Of a DNA stretch of 64,000 bases, positions 1-13,269 are shown piece after piece. The notes below the pieces were generated by a model. It was given only the letters and a program-made list of their open reading frames with translations, was not told the origin of the DNA and did no database searches. A program made the translations under genes and the position numbers. Source of the DNA: Octopus sinensis (lineage: Eukaryota); NCBI RefSeq assembly GCF_006345805.1, contig NC_043013.1, forward strand, positions 52,080,001-52,144,000, written 5' to 3'. Numbering within the stretch: the stretch's first letter is position 1; the number at the start of each line of letters is the position of its first letter.

Positions 1-305
1 AACACTGCTGTTGCTGCTGCTGCTGCTGCTACCACCTTCGCCACCACCACTATCTCTACAACCACTGCAACTATTGCCACTACTACCACCACCTCCACCA
101 CCACCAACAATAACAGAGCCTGTACATGTTCAACCTGTATGCTAGAAATAACAGCCAAAATGGACTCATTGGATTGTGTAGTCTTAGGTACACGATGCTC
201 CTGTCATCTAAGAAAATATGTAGGAGGTCAAGGCTGGAATTATTTTGATCATAGATTTGCTCCTCAGGCAGTGTTGACCTGGGGTTAAATAGCAGCCATT
301 CGATT

Positions 306-900
306 TTGATTTCACCCTATTACTTTTCAATCTCTTCTGCTTTCCTTTTCTCCCCCTCTTTCTTTCTAGCTTTATTATCTCTCCTTTTCCCTCTTCTTCT
401 CTCTGTTTCCCTCCACCCTCTCTCCTTCTTCCCCTCTCTCACTATTCCTCCCCTTCTAACTCTTCCCTTTTCTCACTATTTCCACCTCCCTCTTTCAGTC
501 TCCTCTCCCCGTCCCTCCCGTTGTTGTCCTCTCGCTGCCTCTCACTCTTCCTCTACTTGTTTTCTCTCTTTCCCTTTACTTTGTCTATCTTCTCTCTTTC
601 TCTCAATGTACCACTTTTCCCCCTTCCTTTCTCTTTTTCCTTCTTTACCTCCCCTCCCTTCATCCCCCTCTCTCTATTCCTCCCCTTCTATCTCTTCCCT
701 TTCCTCATTCTCTTTCCCTCCACTTCACTCCACCTACTCTCCCTTTTCCTCTCTATCCCTTCTTTTATCACCCTTTCTCCCACCCACTCTTTTTCCTCCT
801 TCACTCATTTTCTCTGTTCCCTCTCCACCCCTTGTCCCTTTGTCCCTCCCTCTCTCTCTCTCTCTCTCTTCCCTTCTCTATCTCTATCCTTCAACCCCTT
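306..900. repeat. CT-rich (polypyrimidine) low-complexity tract
   Basis: Almost pure C/T sequence; the 256-aa and 127-aa ORFs are S/L/F/P artefacts. Confidence 0.9.
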
Positions 901-1080
901 CTGATCTAATTCTCTATTACTTCACATCAATAACAGTCAACACCATAAAAAAATTAATAAATAAAGAAACAAGCGTCCCAAAGCGAGTTCCTGGCTTTCT
1001 TCCACATTTTGTTTCCCAGTTGGCGAGTCACTTCCCATCACTTCACATTGATTATGCATTGATTAAACTCTACTGAGGAG

Positions 1081-1775
1081 AGCATGGGTCAGGAGGGTAG
1101 CCCCCCCCCTTGTTCGGATGTCTGATGCACAACTCCTCAAAAGACTGTTTTACAACAAAACTGGCAAAAGGCAAGGACACATAAGGTAGACAGAACCAGC
1201 ACTTCAAGGACACACTCGAACCCTCACTGAAGTATTTTGAGATCGACCCTGACACCTGGAAAATGTAAACATAGGACTGCCCTGCCAGGTGAGGCTGAAC
1301 CAACAGAGGTACCTATTTCTTTACTACCCACAAGGGGCTAAACACAGAGGGGACAAACAAGGACAGACAAACGGATTAAGTCGATTATATCGACCCCAGT
1401 GCGTAACTGGTACTTAATTTATTGACCCCGAAAGGATGAAAGGCACAGTCGACCTTGGTGGAATTTGAACTCAGAACGTAGTGGCAGACGAAATACCATG
1501 AAGCATTTCGCCCAGTATGCTAATATTTCTGCCAGCTCGCCAACGGAGGTGCCATCTCGTACAAAGAGAAGTTGGAGTGTAGAGAAAACCTGAACTGTGC
1601 AAGTCCAGAGCCAACCCCTTGCCTTGTGACCCAGCAGACCACCAGAGCCTGACTTGTGGTAGGGCCTTCCAAATATGCATTGGACAGTTTTGACCACAGC
1701 CAGACACACCATGCCCTGTCTTCTCTTGTGTGATGTCCATGGTCATTGTTAACAATGATGGATGAATGGTCAGCT
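1081..1775 (+). mobile_element. Degenerate RTE/BovB-like LINE 3' fragment, interrupted by a SINE
   Basis: Frameshifted translation LVRMSDAQLLKRLFY..LAKGK..GRQNQHFKDTLEPSLKYFEIDPDTW; after the SINE, KSRANPLP..CGRAFQICIGQF..H (C-terminal zinc-finger remnant typical of RTE ORF2). Confidence 0.8.
1311..1540 (-). mobile_element. tRNA-derived SINE, family A (core CCTTTCATCCTTTCGGGGTCGATAAA)
   Basis: Matches the many other copies in the window; 10-bp target-site duplication caacagaggt/caacggaggt at 1301-1310 and 1541-1550. Confidence 0.9.
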
Positions 1776-2150
1776 GGCAGAATCATTATTGCACCAGCGA
1801 TAGTGCTTAGTGACATTTCGTCCATCTTCACGTTCTGAGTTCAAATTCTGCCAAAGTCATCTTTGCCTTTCATCCTTTCAGAGTTGATGAAATAAGTACC
1901 AGTTATGCGCTGGGGTTGATGTAATTGACTTACTTTCCCCACCAAAATTGCTGGCTTTGTGCCAAAATTTGAAACCACCATTATTATTACCGATTTCTTT
2001 ACTACCCACAAGGGGCTAAACACAGAGAGGACAAACAAGGACAGACAAATGGATTAAGTCGATTACATCGACCCCAGTGTGTAACTGGTAATTAATTTAT
2101 CAATCTTGAAAGGATGAAAGGCTAAGTCGACCTCGGCGGAATTTGAAACC
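1770..2150. mobile_element. Two family A SINE copies, tail-to-tail
   Basis: Plus copy (ctggcagaatc..gagttcaaattctgcc) followed by a minus copy starting at the tail tttctttactacccacaagggg. Confidence 0.8.
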
Positions 2151-2510
2151 TCTGCTGTAGTGAAGGTGGAGGTATCGTTTTCAGTCATATTTGTTTGTTG
2201 GTCCGTGGACAAGATATCTCAAGAACTGCTGGATGAATTCAGATGAAACTTTGAGGGATGTTTGGCCTCATGACTGGCACGAACTGATTAGATTTTGGGA
2301 TCGATCCAGTACCGGAAAAGGATTCTAGATTATTTTCCTATATTTTAAAAATGAATTTTTGAGAGCAGTCAGGTTCATTTTTAGTATTCTCGTTTTTGAG
2401 AGCAGTTGAGTTTATTTCAGATATTCTCATTTTAAAAATCATCTCTGGCTAATCGTTGAGAGGATGTTGGTGTTGCCTTGGCGGAGGTTTGCACTCTCCG
2501 AGTGCTCTTG
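2150..2510 (+). mobile_element. Helentron-associated (HINE-like) non-autonomous element
   Basis: 5' ctctgctgtagtgaaggtggaggtatcgttttc and 3' cttggcggaggtttgcactctccgagtgctcttgtt resemble HINE-type ends; classification from recalled motifs only. Confidence 0.5.
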
Positions 2511-2513
2511 TTA

Positions 2514-2554
<41 letters not shown>

Positions 2555-2556
<2 letters not shown>

Positions 2557-2876
2557 AACAGTGGTGCTGGCAGAATCGTTAGCATGCCAGGTAAGATGGT
2601 TAGCAGCATTTCATTTCTCTTTATGTTCCAAGTTCAAATTCCACCGAGACTGATTTTTACCTTTCATCCTTTCAGGGATGGGATGGGGTCGATGAAATAA
2701 GTACCAGTTACACACTGGGGTTGATGTAATTGACTAGCACCCCTCCTCACCAAAATTTCAGGCCTTGTACCTACTGTAGAAAGGGCAAGTGTCTTCTACT
2801 ATAGCCTCGGGCCTACCAAAGCCTTGTGAGTGGATTTGGTAGATGGAAACTGAAAAGAAGCCCGTCGTATATATGA

Positions 2877-2913
<37 letters not shown>

Positions 2914-3130
2914 CATATATATGTTTGTGTGTCTGTGTCTGTCCCCCAACATCGCTTGACAACCGATGCTGGTGTGTTTACGTCCCCGTAACTTAGCAGT
3001 TCGGCAAAGAGACCGATAGAAAAAGCACTAGGCTTCCAAAGAATAAGTCCTGGGGTCGATTTGCTCGACTAAAGGCAGTGTTCCAGCATGGCCACAGTCA
3101 CATGACTGAAACAAGTAAAAGAGTAAAGAT
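2555..3130 (+). mobile_element. Family A SINE followed by a 5'-truncated family B SINE
   Basis: Diagnostic cores; family B ends with gactgaaacaagtaaaagag. Confidence 0.85.
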
Positions 3131-3959
3131 TATTATTATTATTATTATTATTATTATTGTTATTATTACATTGATATTAGGAGGGGCATGAAAGCCACAA
3201 TAGTCAGGCAATTCCCTACTCCAACCCTTACAAACAAGGTGGTGGTGATGGTGAAGGTGTAGGAAACACTGTCATCATAGCAGTGAAAAAGGCTCAGTCA
3301 GGAGAGTAATACCTTTTGGTTGTCCCTCTCAGTTCAATACTAACCCCACAAGACCTCCCATCCATGACCACTCCTTCTGTCTGTGTATATAAGGCTAGAT
3401 TGTCTAATGTCTTCTCCTATTAAGATATTAGTGTGTGATGTGAGGGCACATTAGCTGCTGTTTCAAGCATGTTGACAGTCCATGAAGATTGCTGGGTGTT
3501 GTAAGTTTCATGCCTGCCCATTGCTGGTTCAAATCTTGATCTCAGACAGAGCAGTGAGTTGACAGTAATTTTCTGGGGTCCATCTATTTAGTGATGCTGT
3601 CTTAAATAAATTGGTCATTTGTGTATGTCTAATGATATGGAAAGAAAAAAGCATTGTTCATCATCATCATTGTCATAATCACAGCCATTATCATTTTCAC
3701 AACCATCATCATCAACATCACTACCACCATCATATGACTCTTGCAATCATCATCATCATCATCATGATCTCCCCTCATCATCATCATACAATCACCACCA
3801 TGATTATATCTTCATCATCATCATCAGCAACATCTCCGTTATAATCACAATCAACATGACTATTTTTATCCTCCTCCTCTTCTTCCTCCTCCTCCTCCTC
3901 ATCATCATCATCATCATCATCATCATCGTGAATTTGTTGACTGGTGTATTTAATAGTTT

Positions 3960-4730
3960 CTCAAGAATTTGCTGTTGACCCATGTCATCACACCATGTTA
4001 TTTTATCTATGTCACCCTGTCATTGTCACTGTGTCACTATTTCACTGTCACCTTGTCTCCATGTCACCCCGTGACATTCAGATTGGCACCGTATCACCAT
4101 GGCACATGGCACCATGTTTCTATGTTACTCTGTCACTACTGTCAACATGTCAATTGTCATTATGACACTGTGTCACTCTGTCACCATTACTCTGACACTC
4201 TGTCACCTTCATCATGTCATTCTGTCATTCACCCTTTCACTATCTCACTATCATTTTCACTGTTACCATGGCTACTATGTTGCTGTCACCCTGTCACCCA
4301 TTATGTTACTCACCTTGTCACCATATCGGTGTCACCTTATCACCATGTCACTTGCCAGGATTACTATGTTGCTGTCAGTATGTCACTGTCACTATGGTAC
4401 TGTCACCCTGTCACCATGTCAATGTCACTATGGTTACTATATTATTGTCACCCTGTCACCATGTCAGTGTCACTGTATCACTATGTTACTGCTACTCTGT
4501 CACCGTGTCATGGTCACCCTGTCACTATGCTACTTCCACCTTGCTACGATGTTAATGTCACCCTGTCACCATGTCAGTGTCACCTTGTCATTGTCTTCAT
4601 GTCACCCTGTAGCATTCACCATCAGTGCTGTATCACTATGTCTCCATGTCACTGTGCCACCCACGCACAGCTGGCTGTGTCACCATATCCTTCTGCCACC
4701 CTGGCATCGTGCCACCCACCACTTATATTT
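3960..4730. repeat. Degenerate TGTCAC(CAT/CCT/TAT) minisatellite, units of about 6-10 bp
   Basis: Dozens of tgtcac cores; overlapping ORFs open in all three frames. Confidence 0.9.
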
Positions 4731-4959
4731 AATTTTTCTTTGAAGAAACAAATAAAATTTTTAAAAATAATCAAAATTCTTTCAAGTTTTCAACTTCATT
4801 TTTTAGTCTTTTTTTTGCTTTGATTTCTGTATTTTTATATATTTTAAGAAAATAATTTTTTGTTTTGTTGTTTTCTTTTGTCTTCCAATAACGGTTAATT
4901 ACATAATCTGGTTTCTGGAATTGTCAAAGAACTGGCTTTTCTAAGGTTTTCATGATTGT

Positions 4960-5594
4960 GTTGTTGATGATGATGATAATGATGATGATGGTGGTGGTGC
5001 TGGTGGTGGAGATGGTGATGGTGGTTGAGGAGGTAGAGCTGATAGTAATGGTGGTGGAGGCAGTAGAGATGATGGTGGTGGTGGTGGAGGAGGTAGAGAT
5101 GATGATGATGGTGGTGTTGGAGGTAGAGATGATGGTGGTGGAGGAGGTAGAGATGATGGTGGTGGTAGAGGAGGTAAAGATTGTGGTGGTGGAGGAGGCA
5201 GAGATGATGGTGGTGGTGGTGGAGGAGGTAGAGATGGTGGTAATGGTGGTGTTGGAGGTGGAGATGGAGTGGAGATGATGGCGTTGGTAATAAGGATGAC
5301 GAGGATGGTGGTGGTGGAGGAGATGGCAATGATGTTGGTGGTGGTTGTAATTGTTTGGTTGAGTGGGGGATAGATGGTTGTGTGGGTGATGAAGGAATGC
5401 GGTTCATGGTAGCCGGGGGTGGGTGGGGAGTAGATTTGGTTGGTGGTGACGGAGAGAGGGGGTGGTAGTGCTCGTGTGGATGGCAAAGGGACAGGGTTGG
5501 TTGCAATAGGGATAGGTATGGTGGTGATGGTGATGCTGGAGACAGAAATAGTAAAGGGTGGAACAGTTTACTATTAGGGAAAGTAATGGTGGTG

Positions 5595-5627
<33 letters not shown>

Positions 5628-5660
5628 GTGATGGCGATGATGATGGTGGTAGAAACACTA
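4960..5660. repeat. (GGT/GAT/GGA)n compound trinucleotide tract
   Basis: Direct reading; poly-H/P/V ORFs are artefacts. Confidence 0.9.
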
Positions 5661-6297
5661 ACATAGACATTTGGTTTTTTTTTTATATTTTATTTTAAAT
5701 AAAATCTAATTTCGAAAATTCTATAGAGAATGAAAGAATGAAAAAAAACCCAAATGAGATTGCTAATTAACTGTGAGACATCATACAGCATATTAATTAA
5801 TATAGTGTTTGTTAATTAATATATTCTGTTTGTGTAAACAGGTTTTGGTTTAGTTTTAAAATGAATTTGGGGAATAAAATCTATTCAAGAAACATTTTTT
5901 TCCATTAATTTGTAATTTTTAACCTCAAAATTGTTTCGGGGCAGAAGGAAATGTTTTAATGAGCCAACAAGGGAAACTCTGTTAGAAATAGCAGCTTAGT
6001 TCTCTCAAATCACCTTCAACTGTTTTAAATTAGGAAGGGCAGTTTGGACAGTGTGGCTTCAAGTTTTACAGAAAGATGAGATGGTCAAGGCTGGATTGCT
6101 TTTGATCAGTGACCATAGGTCTAATTGACCACCACCACCACCACCACCACCACAACTGCCACTACAGCATCACCAATAACAACAACACCAGTTGGTCTCT
6201 TAATGAGTTTTGGCTCCTCTCAACCCAAAACTCCCTAAGACCCCAGAAACATCACTGATGATGTTACCATCCATGAGATGTAGCTTAGAATTATATA

Positions 6298-6490
6298 TCA
6301 TCATCATTTAACGTCCACTTTTACATGCTGGCATGGGTTGGAAGGTTCAATGAGACTAGAGGAGCCAGACAGCTGCATTGTGCCTCATGTCTGCTTTGGC
6401 ATAGTTCCTACAGATGGGTGCCCTTCCTAGTGCCAACCACTTTACAGAGTGAACTGGGTCTTTTTCATGTGGCACCAGCACTGTCGAGGT
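6298..6490 (-). mobile_element. RTE 3'-tail fragment (family C)
   Basis: Reverse complement of the 3' end of the RTE at 28850-29039, including the (TCA)n tail. Confidence 0.8.
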
Positions 6491-6699
6491 CACCAAGTTC
6501 CCGCAAGTCAAGACCCCTCAAATGAGTGGAGTACAGAATGGAGGGATAAGAAACTATGATGGATAGAGAGGAGTAGGGTTTTTGCTGAAGAGGTGACTAA
6601 ATGACGTGCGTATCTAGAAGAAGGGAAGACAGATGTGAGGTTAAAGGACAAGGTGGACATGTGACAGAATATGATATATATATATATATATTTACTTTT

Positions 6700-7000
6700 G
6701 TGCCCTTTTCAAGCCTAGCCAAGCTCATGGGCCCAGTTTCCCGGTTTCTGTAGTGTATGTGTTCCCCCCAGCTGGACGGGACTCCAGTCCGGCGCAGCGT
6801 TGCTCAAGAAACAGTTAGAAAGAGTGAGAGAAAGTTGGGGCGAAACAGTATAACAGGGGTTGCCCCCCCCCCCCTGTTGGAGCCTCGTGGAGCTTTAGGT
6901 GTTTTCACTCAATAAACACACATAACACCCGGTCTGGGAATCGAAACTACGATCCTCCGACCACGAGTCCACTGCCCTAACCACTGGGCCATTGTGCCTC
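6700..7000 (-). mobile_element. tRNA-derived SINE, family D
   Basis: Reverse complement of the head tggcccagtggttagggcagtggactcg..gtttcgattcccagacc seen on + at 18490. Confidence 0.8.
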
Positions 7001-7012
7001 CACATTATATAT

Positions 7013-7049
<37 letters not shown>

Positions 7050-7261
7050 ACACACACACACACTTTATTAAAAGGCAGCAAAAATATCACAAAAAAACTG
7101 TTACTCAGAGTTTCATGTTCCTGTTTGTTGGCCAGTTTTGTTTAGAATGGAGCAATAAAAAGTTATATGTAGATAGACATTTGAAAATGGTTTTGTTTCA
7201 TTTTGTTTCATGTGTATCTATGAAATATTAACAATGTACAGTAACTTCTTGAAATGAACAT

Positions 7262-7650
7262 TCATCATCATCATCATCATTATCATCATCATCAGTTAAC
7301 GTCCATTTTCCATGCTAGCATGGGTTGGACGGTTTGACCAGGGTCTGGTAAGCCATGGAGGCTGCACCAGGCTCCAGTCTGATTTGGCAGTGTTTCTACA
7401 GCTGGATGCTCTTCCTAATGCCAACCACTCCGTGAGTGTAGTGGGTGCTTTTTATGTGCCACTGGCACAGGGGCCAGAGCAGGCTGGCAAACGGCCACGA
7501 CCGGTTGGTGCTTTTACGTGTCACCGACACGGACGCCAGTCAGGCGACGCTAGTAACTGCTATGCTCGAACGGTGCTTTTATGTGTCACCAGCACTGGTG
7601 TCTTAACTACAATTACCATTCGAATTTTTGATGTTGATGAACTTGACTTA
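7262..7650 (-). mobile_element. RTE 3'-tail fragment (family C)
   Basis: (TCA)n tail then catgctagcatgggttggacgg and gtgccacc modules. Confidence 0.85.
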
Positions 7651-7654
7651 ACAG

Positions 7655-7931
7655 GTAAATTTTCATTATAGACATTTTCTGTTTTAAAACACTGTATCTT
7701 GATTGGTTTATGTGAGGCAGCTGAAAACTTTTGCACGACCATTTTTGGTGGTCGTCTCACATCTTCCCCTTTCATTCGGAACCCCCTACAACAAAATATA
7801 AGGATTAGGTATGGAAATGATTCTAACAGGGCCAATGTAAAAAATGCAATGTGAAACAGCCACTTATAAGTTGGCAATTATTAGAAATTTACAATAATTT
7901 GAAATGGCCAAAGACTTTTGCACAGTACTGT
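7655..7931. mobile_element. Tc1-like transposon terminal fragment
   Basis: Ends with gacttttgcacagtactg+ta, a Tc1-type TIR next to TA. Confidence 0.55.
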
Positions 7932-8230
7932 ATATATGTATGTATATATACATACATACATCCTTATGTTTGTAGAAGCATGTATATATCTGTGAATGTT
8001 TGTATAAAAACATATGTATGTGGATATTGGTGTGTATACATTGTTTAAATGTGTTTGTGTGTTTGTATATATTTATACATTTATATGTGTCTATATACAT
8101 ATATATAAACACATAACTATAAATACACGCATGCATGTATATAAATATATATTTATATATGTATATATATATTTATATATATATATATATATTTATATAT
8201 GTATATATATGTAATATATATATATGTATA

Positions 8231-8615
8231 TATCATCATCATCATCATCGTTTAGCGTCCGTTTTCCATGCTAGCATGGGTTGGACGGTTCTACTGGGGT
8301 CTGTAGAGCCAGAAGGCTTCATCAGGCCCAGTCAAATCTGGCAGTGTTTCTACGGCTGGATGCCCTTCCTAACGCCAACCACTCCGTGAGTGTAGTGGGT
8401 GCTTTTTACGTGCCACCCGCACTGGTGCCAGACAGAGCTGGAAAACGGCCACGAACGGATGGTGCTTTTTATGTGCCACCGGCACGAGGGCCAGGCGAGG
8501 CTGGCAATGGACACGAAACGGGGCGGTGCTGGCAACGGTCGCGAAACGGAAAGTTCTCTTACATGCCACCGGCACTGGTAACACATCTGCAATTTCCATT
8601 GATCGATTTCGATTG
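8231..8615 (-). mobile_element. Young RTE 3'-UTR copy, 5'-truncated
   Basis: Nearly identical to the reverse complement of about 28660-29039. Confidence 0.9.
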
Positions 8616-8617
8616 TA

Positions 8618-8667
<50 letters not shown>

Positions 8668-8959
8668 TATATATATATATATATTATATATGTATATATA
8701 TATGTATATATATATATTTATATATGTATATATATATAGTATATATATATATATTATATATATATATATTTATATATGTATATATATATATATTTATATA
8801 TGTATATATATATAAATATATATTATATATGTATATATATTTATATATGTATTTATATATGTATATATATATATATTTATATATTATATATATATATTTA
8901 TATATGTATATATATTTATATATGTATATATATATATTATATATGTATATATATATATG

Positions 8960-9010
<51 letters not shown>
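8615..9010. repeat. Long (TA)n-rich microsatellite
   Basis: Direct reading. Confidence 0.95.
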
Positions 9011-9016
<6 letters not shown>

Positions 9017-9714
9017 AAGTATATATTTCTCTGTGTGTGTGTGTTTACACCAGTTTATATTGTGTACTTTCTTTTCTAGCAATTTAGCAGTTTAAGAAAC
9101 AGAGTTCGATAAAATGAGCCGCAAGCTGAAATATGTACTGGAGTTGATGATTGAGAAAAACGAAAACAATGTCTTGCAATTGGAACTGTAGCATGGCCAT
9201 ACTCCATTTTATTAAAGCCAGTAATATATATTTATATATACATGCACACGTTTGTGTGAGTGTGTGTATTGTGTGTCTGTGAGTGTTTAACAAGTGGATA
9301 CACACAGACACACACAGACACACACATACACACAGACACACACATACACGCACACATACACAGACACAAACACACACACATACACATACAAACGCACATA
9401 CATGCACATGTAATATTAGGCGTAGTTCCACATGGATATAGACATGGCTGTAGATAGACAGATATTTCATGTATCACCATAGCAACAGTGAAATGGTGTA
9501 GGCTGTTACCATTAATAGCAGAATCTGGCAAAGATGAACCAAAGTATCAGACAGTCATATTGGTGCTGCCATCATTTCCTCTGTCTCTTGTTGACATTGT
9601 CTTCTTCGTTGTCGTCGCCGACGTTGCTGACGTTGTTGTTGTTGTTATCGTTACTGTATTGTACTTGTGATTTCAAATATACTTTGATATTTTGCTTGTG
9701 ATATCAATAGATTA

Positions 9715-9870
9715 TCATATGCCATCATCATATCGGAATGAGTCACTGTGAGAGATGGCTGACTCGCCACTAGATTGTCTGGTTTGGTGTTTCCATTCCA
9801 ACTTCATTTCAATCCAGTCTCTCACGTTGTCTTGTATTTCTTCAGAAGTTAACTGAAGAAATAAACAAAT
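9715..9870 (-). CDS. Probable terminal coding exon of an unidentified gene: (ICLFLQ)LTSEEIQDNVRDWIEMKLEWKHQTRQSSGESAISHSDSFRYDDGI*
   Basis: Non-repetitive sequence; strong T-tract acceptor (tttttttttttctag, exon start 9870) plus a second in-frame acceptor (ttcttcag, start 9852); open frame ending TGA TAA; UTR-like sequence follows. Confidence 0.6.
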   Translation of the reverse strand: MCLFLQLTSEEIQDNVRDWIEMKLEWKHQTRQSSGESAISHSDSFRYDDGI

Positions 9871-10101
9871 CTAGAAAAAAAAAACCCAACTACAAAACAA
9901 ATTAAGAAAGCATGCAGAATAAATGATGACAATAATATATATTTATACCTTTTCTGGCTCAGTCTACCTTATTGTAAATAGGTACTATAGTGAGGTGTGG
10001 TTAACACCCTGCTCTCATCTGTAGCTCCATGCAGTAGAGAGTAGGGTTGATTAAACCAGGCTGAAAGTTGCCAGTGTATTTTAAACTATTGGTGAACTTC
10101 T

Positions 10102-10304
10102 TTAACCTTTTAGCATTCAGATTTCTCTGTCAAATGTAATGCTTTTCCGTTCCTGTTGTTTTCAATTAATCATGCATTATCTCACAGCTTTGAGATTTCA
10201 ATGATGTGATTGTTTCCTGTTAGAATGACATTGTTAGGTAGATGTGAGAGGCTGGGTTTTGTCAGACTGAACATCAAGCTGATAGAATATTCTGGCCAGA
10301 TATG
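10102..10304. mobile_element. piggyBac-type MITE (ttaacc..ttagcatt end), interrupted
   Basis: Starts ttaaccttttagcattcag; related copy in opposite orientation at 34065-34225. Confidence 0.6.
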
Positions 10305-10545
10305 CAGAGCTGTGATGTTGGAGTCGGAGTTGGAAACAATTAATGGATAGCTGGAGCCGGAGTCAGTAAAACTGTACTGACTTTGACTCACAATATCTTT
10401 ATTCTTTAATATAAACCAGTTATAATATATAGGCCTATTCAAAGTACAAGCGTATGCATATGCTTTGTGAGATATTTAGACTACAATCCCTGAATCATAA
10501 AGAGGAGTCAGAGTTAAAGTTTTTTGTTTTGACTCCACAGCCTTG
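10305..10545. mobile_element. hAT-like MITE with GGAGTC subterminal repeats
   Basis: Imperfect TIRs cagagctgtg..ggagtc and gactccacagccttg; internal ggagtcggag repeats. Confidence 0.55.
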
Positions 10546-11663
10546 CAGATATGGTTAGGGTTAGGGTTGCCAAGTTTCACTGGGCAGAAAGACTATCTCC
10601 AAGCAATATCACTGAGGCAGATGTACCCCAGAACATTGTGAGAGAGACCGGTTACCCTGGTCATTTCTCTACATCCCTGGTGTCCATCCTGTTGTCTCAT
10701 CCTGTTTCTTGCCTAGGAAGTCATGAACAAAAGTAAAGCTAGTTGTCTGCTACACCCTCCTTCTCTATAATCCAAAGTGTAAGTCATGACTCCAAGTTCT
10801 TCAAACCTCAAATAAATGCTGAGTTTTTCATTACAGTGTTGGAGTATCATGCATTAGCCCTGGGTTAACCCTAGGTTATTTGAGAACCACTATAGTTCCT
10901 TTTGATAGGTTTTCTAGCTGCGACCATCTTGTCTTATTTTCTCAGAAATATTGTTATATTATCAAATGTACACTACCACTTCCAACTTTATTTTAAAGCA
11001 CTTTGAGTGAGAGTTCACTGTTATTTCTAGTGCATTGCGTAACCTTTTAGCATCTTCTTTGGCTATGATGTTGTTATTTTTATTTGATTCCATGTCATCA
11101 CTTATCTGACTGACCAGCCATTAATTACATTCCAGTTGTGAACTTCCAGTCTTATATTTTAGACACTGCGATATCTGGGACAACAGTAACCAATATGTCC
11201 TTCCTTTTTTTAAAATCAGTACAATGTGATTTACGAAACATTTAGCTGCTATTTCTAGCAGGTTGAGCAACCTTATACATACTCCCTCACTGGATAAATC
11301 TTTTGTTGGTACTTGTGAAAATGGTTTCAATCCCATCAGGACAGTGTATCTTCTGGAGATATTCTAGTGATATCTTTGGGATAAATAATCATTGACTGAA
11401 GAATTTATTTGATATAAAACAGATATAGGAATTATGTGTATTTATCACACTGGCTTGAGATAAATTTGGATTGATTTATTGATCCATAATCTGCCGTGAT
11501 ATCATGAGATAAATATATATCGATTGATTTATAATATGTTAATGTTATGATATCATGATGGTATGGTGGCGTAGCAATAAGAGGTTTGTCGAAAGATCGT
11601 TTCAAATAAATACACTGCTTGAAATTTCTACGGAATGTAATGACATTACAAATCAATAGACTG

Positions 11664-11935
11664 TTGGTAAATTCATCATTATGCCAAAATACATCATTGG
11701 TAAATTTCTTATGCCAAACACATTGTCACTAAATTCTTCATCCTGCTAAATGTATTTTTGGTAAATTCTTCTTTTTGTCGAAAACATCTTTGATAAATTT
11801 GCGATATCAAATATATCATTGGTAAATTCTTTGTGATGCTAAATACTTCTTTGAGAAATTCCTTCATCATGCTATTTACATATTTGGTAAATTCATTGAT
11901 GCCAAATATATTTTCAGTAAATTCATCATCATGTC
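11664..11935. repeat. Degenerate tandem array, about 9 units of 29-33 bp
   Basis: Recurring ttggtaaattc and atgccaaata cores at about 30-bp spacing. Confidence 0.8.
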
Positions 11936-12208
11936 TTATCTGCGGAATAAAAACATGGATAAACATAAAAGTTTTTATTCTCTAAATATGGTTGGTGCCT
12001 TACATTAGACAATGAGAATGAAAAACAAGATGGAAAATTCCATCCTACTGTCTGGAAATTTTGAGAAATTTTGAATAGGAAAAAGGAAATAATTAAGAAA
12101 CATAGGCATATATAGAAAAGTAGGAATGAAAATGTTTATATAGATAGGAAGATATGTATGTGTGTGTGTGTATATGTATATATATATCTATCTATATATA
12201 TGTGTATG

Positions 12209-12273
<65 letters not shown>

Positions 12274-12879
12274 ACATACATATAAGGCATTGCCCCAGCA
12301 GGGCCACAATCAAATGGCTAAAGCAAGTAAATGATATTTATTAGATGTGTGGCTGCCGTTGTACTTAAGTTGCTGTTTTACACTAGTAGCCACAGTAGTT
12401 ACAAGTCATCAGATACTGTTGTATCTTGCTGATAGCTCCACAAGACACTGACTAGAACTGTTGACTCTCAACTCTTTGACTCTCAACTCTTTGACTCTCT
12501 CTTGAAGACCAGCCACTGGTCTGTCTTCTACCACTTTTTACTGGCAAGGGTACACAGTTTCACTATATAACCGTTTATTTTATGTTCATTGCCTGGGAAT
12601 CTTTAATCACACACCTGTGACCACTTCAGTGACTTTCCATCCCACATGTCTCTTCCTGCTGAAGAGGTCATGGGTGTATGATGAAAGATTTCCAGACAAT
12701 GGACATAAGATAAAATAAGAACAATAATTAACAAGTGAAGAACGAATATACAGTGTGTGTGTTTATTTGGCAAGAAAAGAAAGAAGATGACCATCTTGAA
12801 ATATAACTGCATCTGTTTCAACATACAATTTCACATCAGAAATCTTGCGAAACAAATTCATCAACATATAAATATATAT

Positions 12880-13238
12880 ATATATCTTTTGCTCCTTTGC
12901 TTGTTTCAGTCAGTTGACTGCGGCCATGCTGGAGCACCGCCTTTAGTCGAGCAACTCGACCCCGGGACTTATTCTTTGTAAGCCCAGTACTTATTCTATC
13001 GGTCTCTTTTGCTGAACCGCTAACACAGACACACAAACATACACGCACATACATATATATATATACATATATACGACAGGCTTCTTTCAGTTTCCGTCTA
13101 CCAAATCCACTCACAAGGCTTTGGTCAGCCCGAGGCTATAATAGAAGACACTTGCCCAAGGTGCCACACTGTGGGACTGAACCCTGAACCATGTGGCTGG
13201 TAAGCAAGCTACTTACCACACAGCCACTCCTGCGCCTG

Positions 13239-13240
<2 letters not shown>
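12880..13240 (-). mobile_element. Full-length family B SINE
   Basis: Head (revcomp of aggcgcaggagtggctgtgtggtaag), central accttgggcaagtgtctt domain, internal (TG/TA)n and gactgaaacaag tail. Confidence 0.9.

Positions 13241-13260
<20 letters not shown>

Positions 13261-13269
<9 letters not shown>

Noticed and set aside
306-5670. Long ORFs (256, 284, 214, 203 and 178 aa)
   Set aside because: They derive from CT-rich, TGTCAC and trinucleotide repeats, are open in several frames and have no domains.
10182-10442. Protein-looking 86-aa minus-strand ORF
   Set aside because: It spans a piggyBac-type MITE and a hAT-like MITE.
10555-10568. Telomeric TTAGGG repeat
   Set aside because: Only two units, overlapping a hAT-like tagggttgcca motif.
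11664-11935. CRISPR-like repeat/spacer array
   Set aside because: The core is only about 11 bp, the spacers are mutually similar and the context is eukaryotic.
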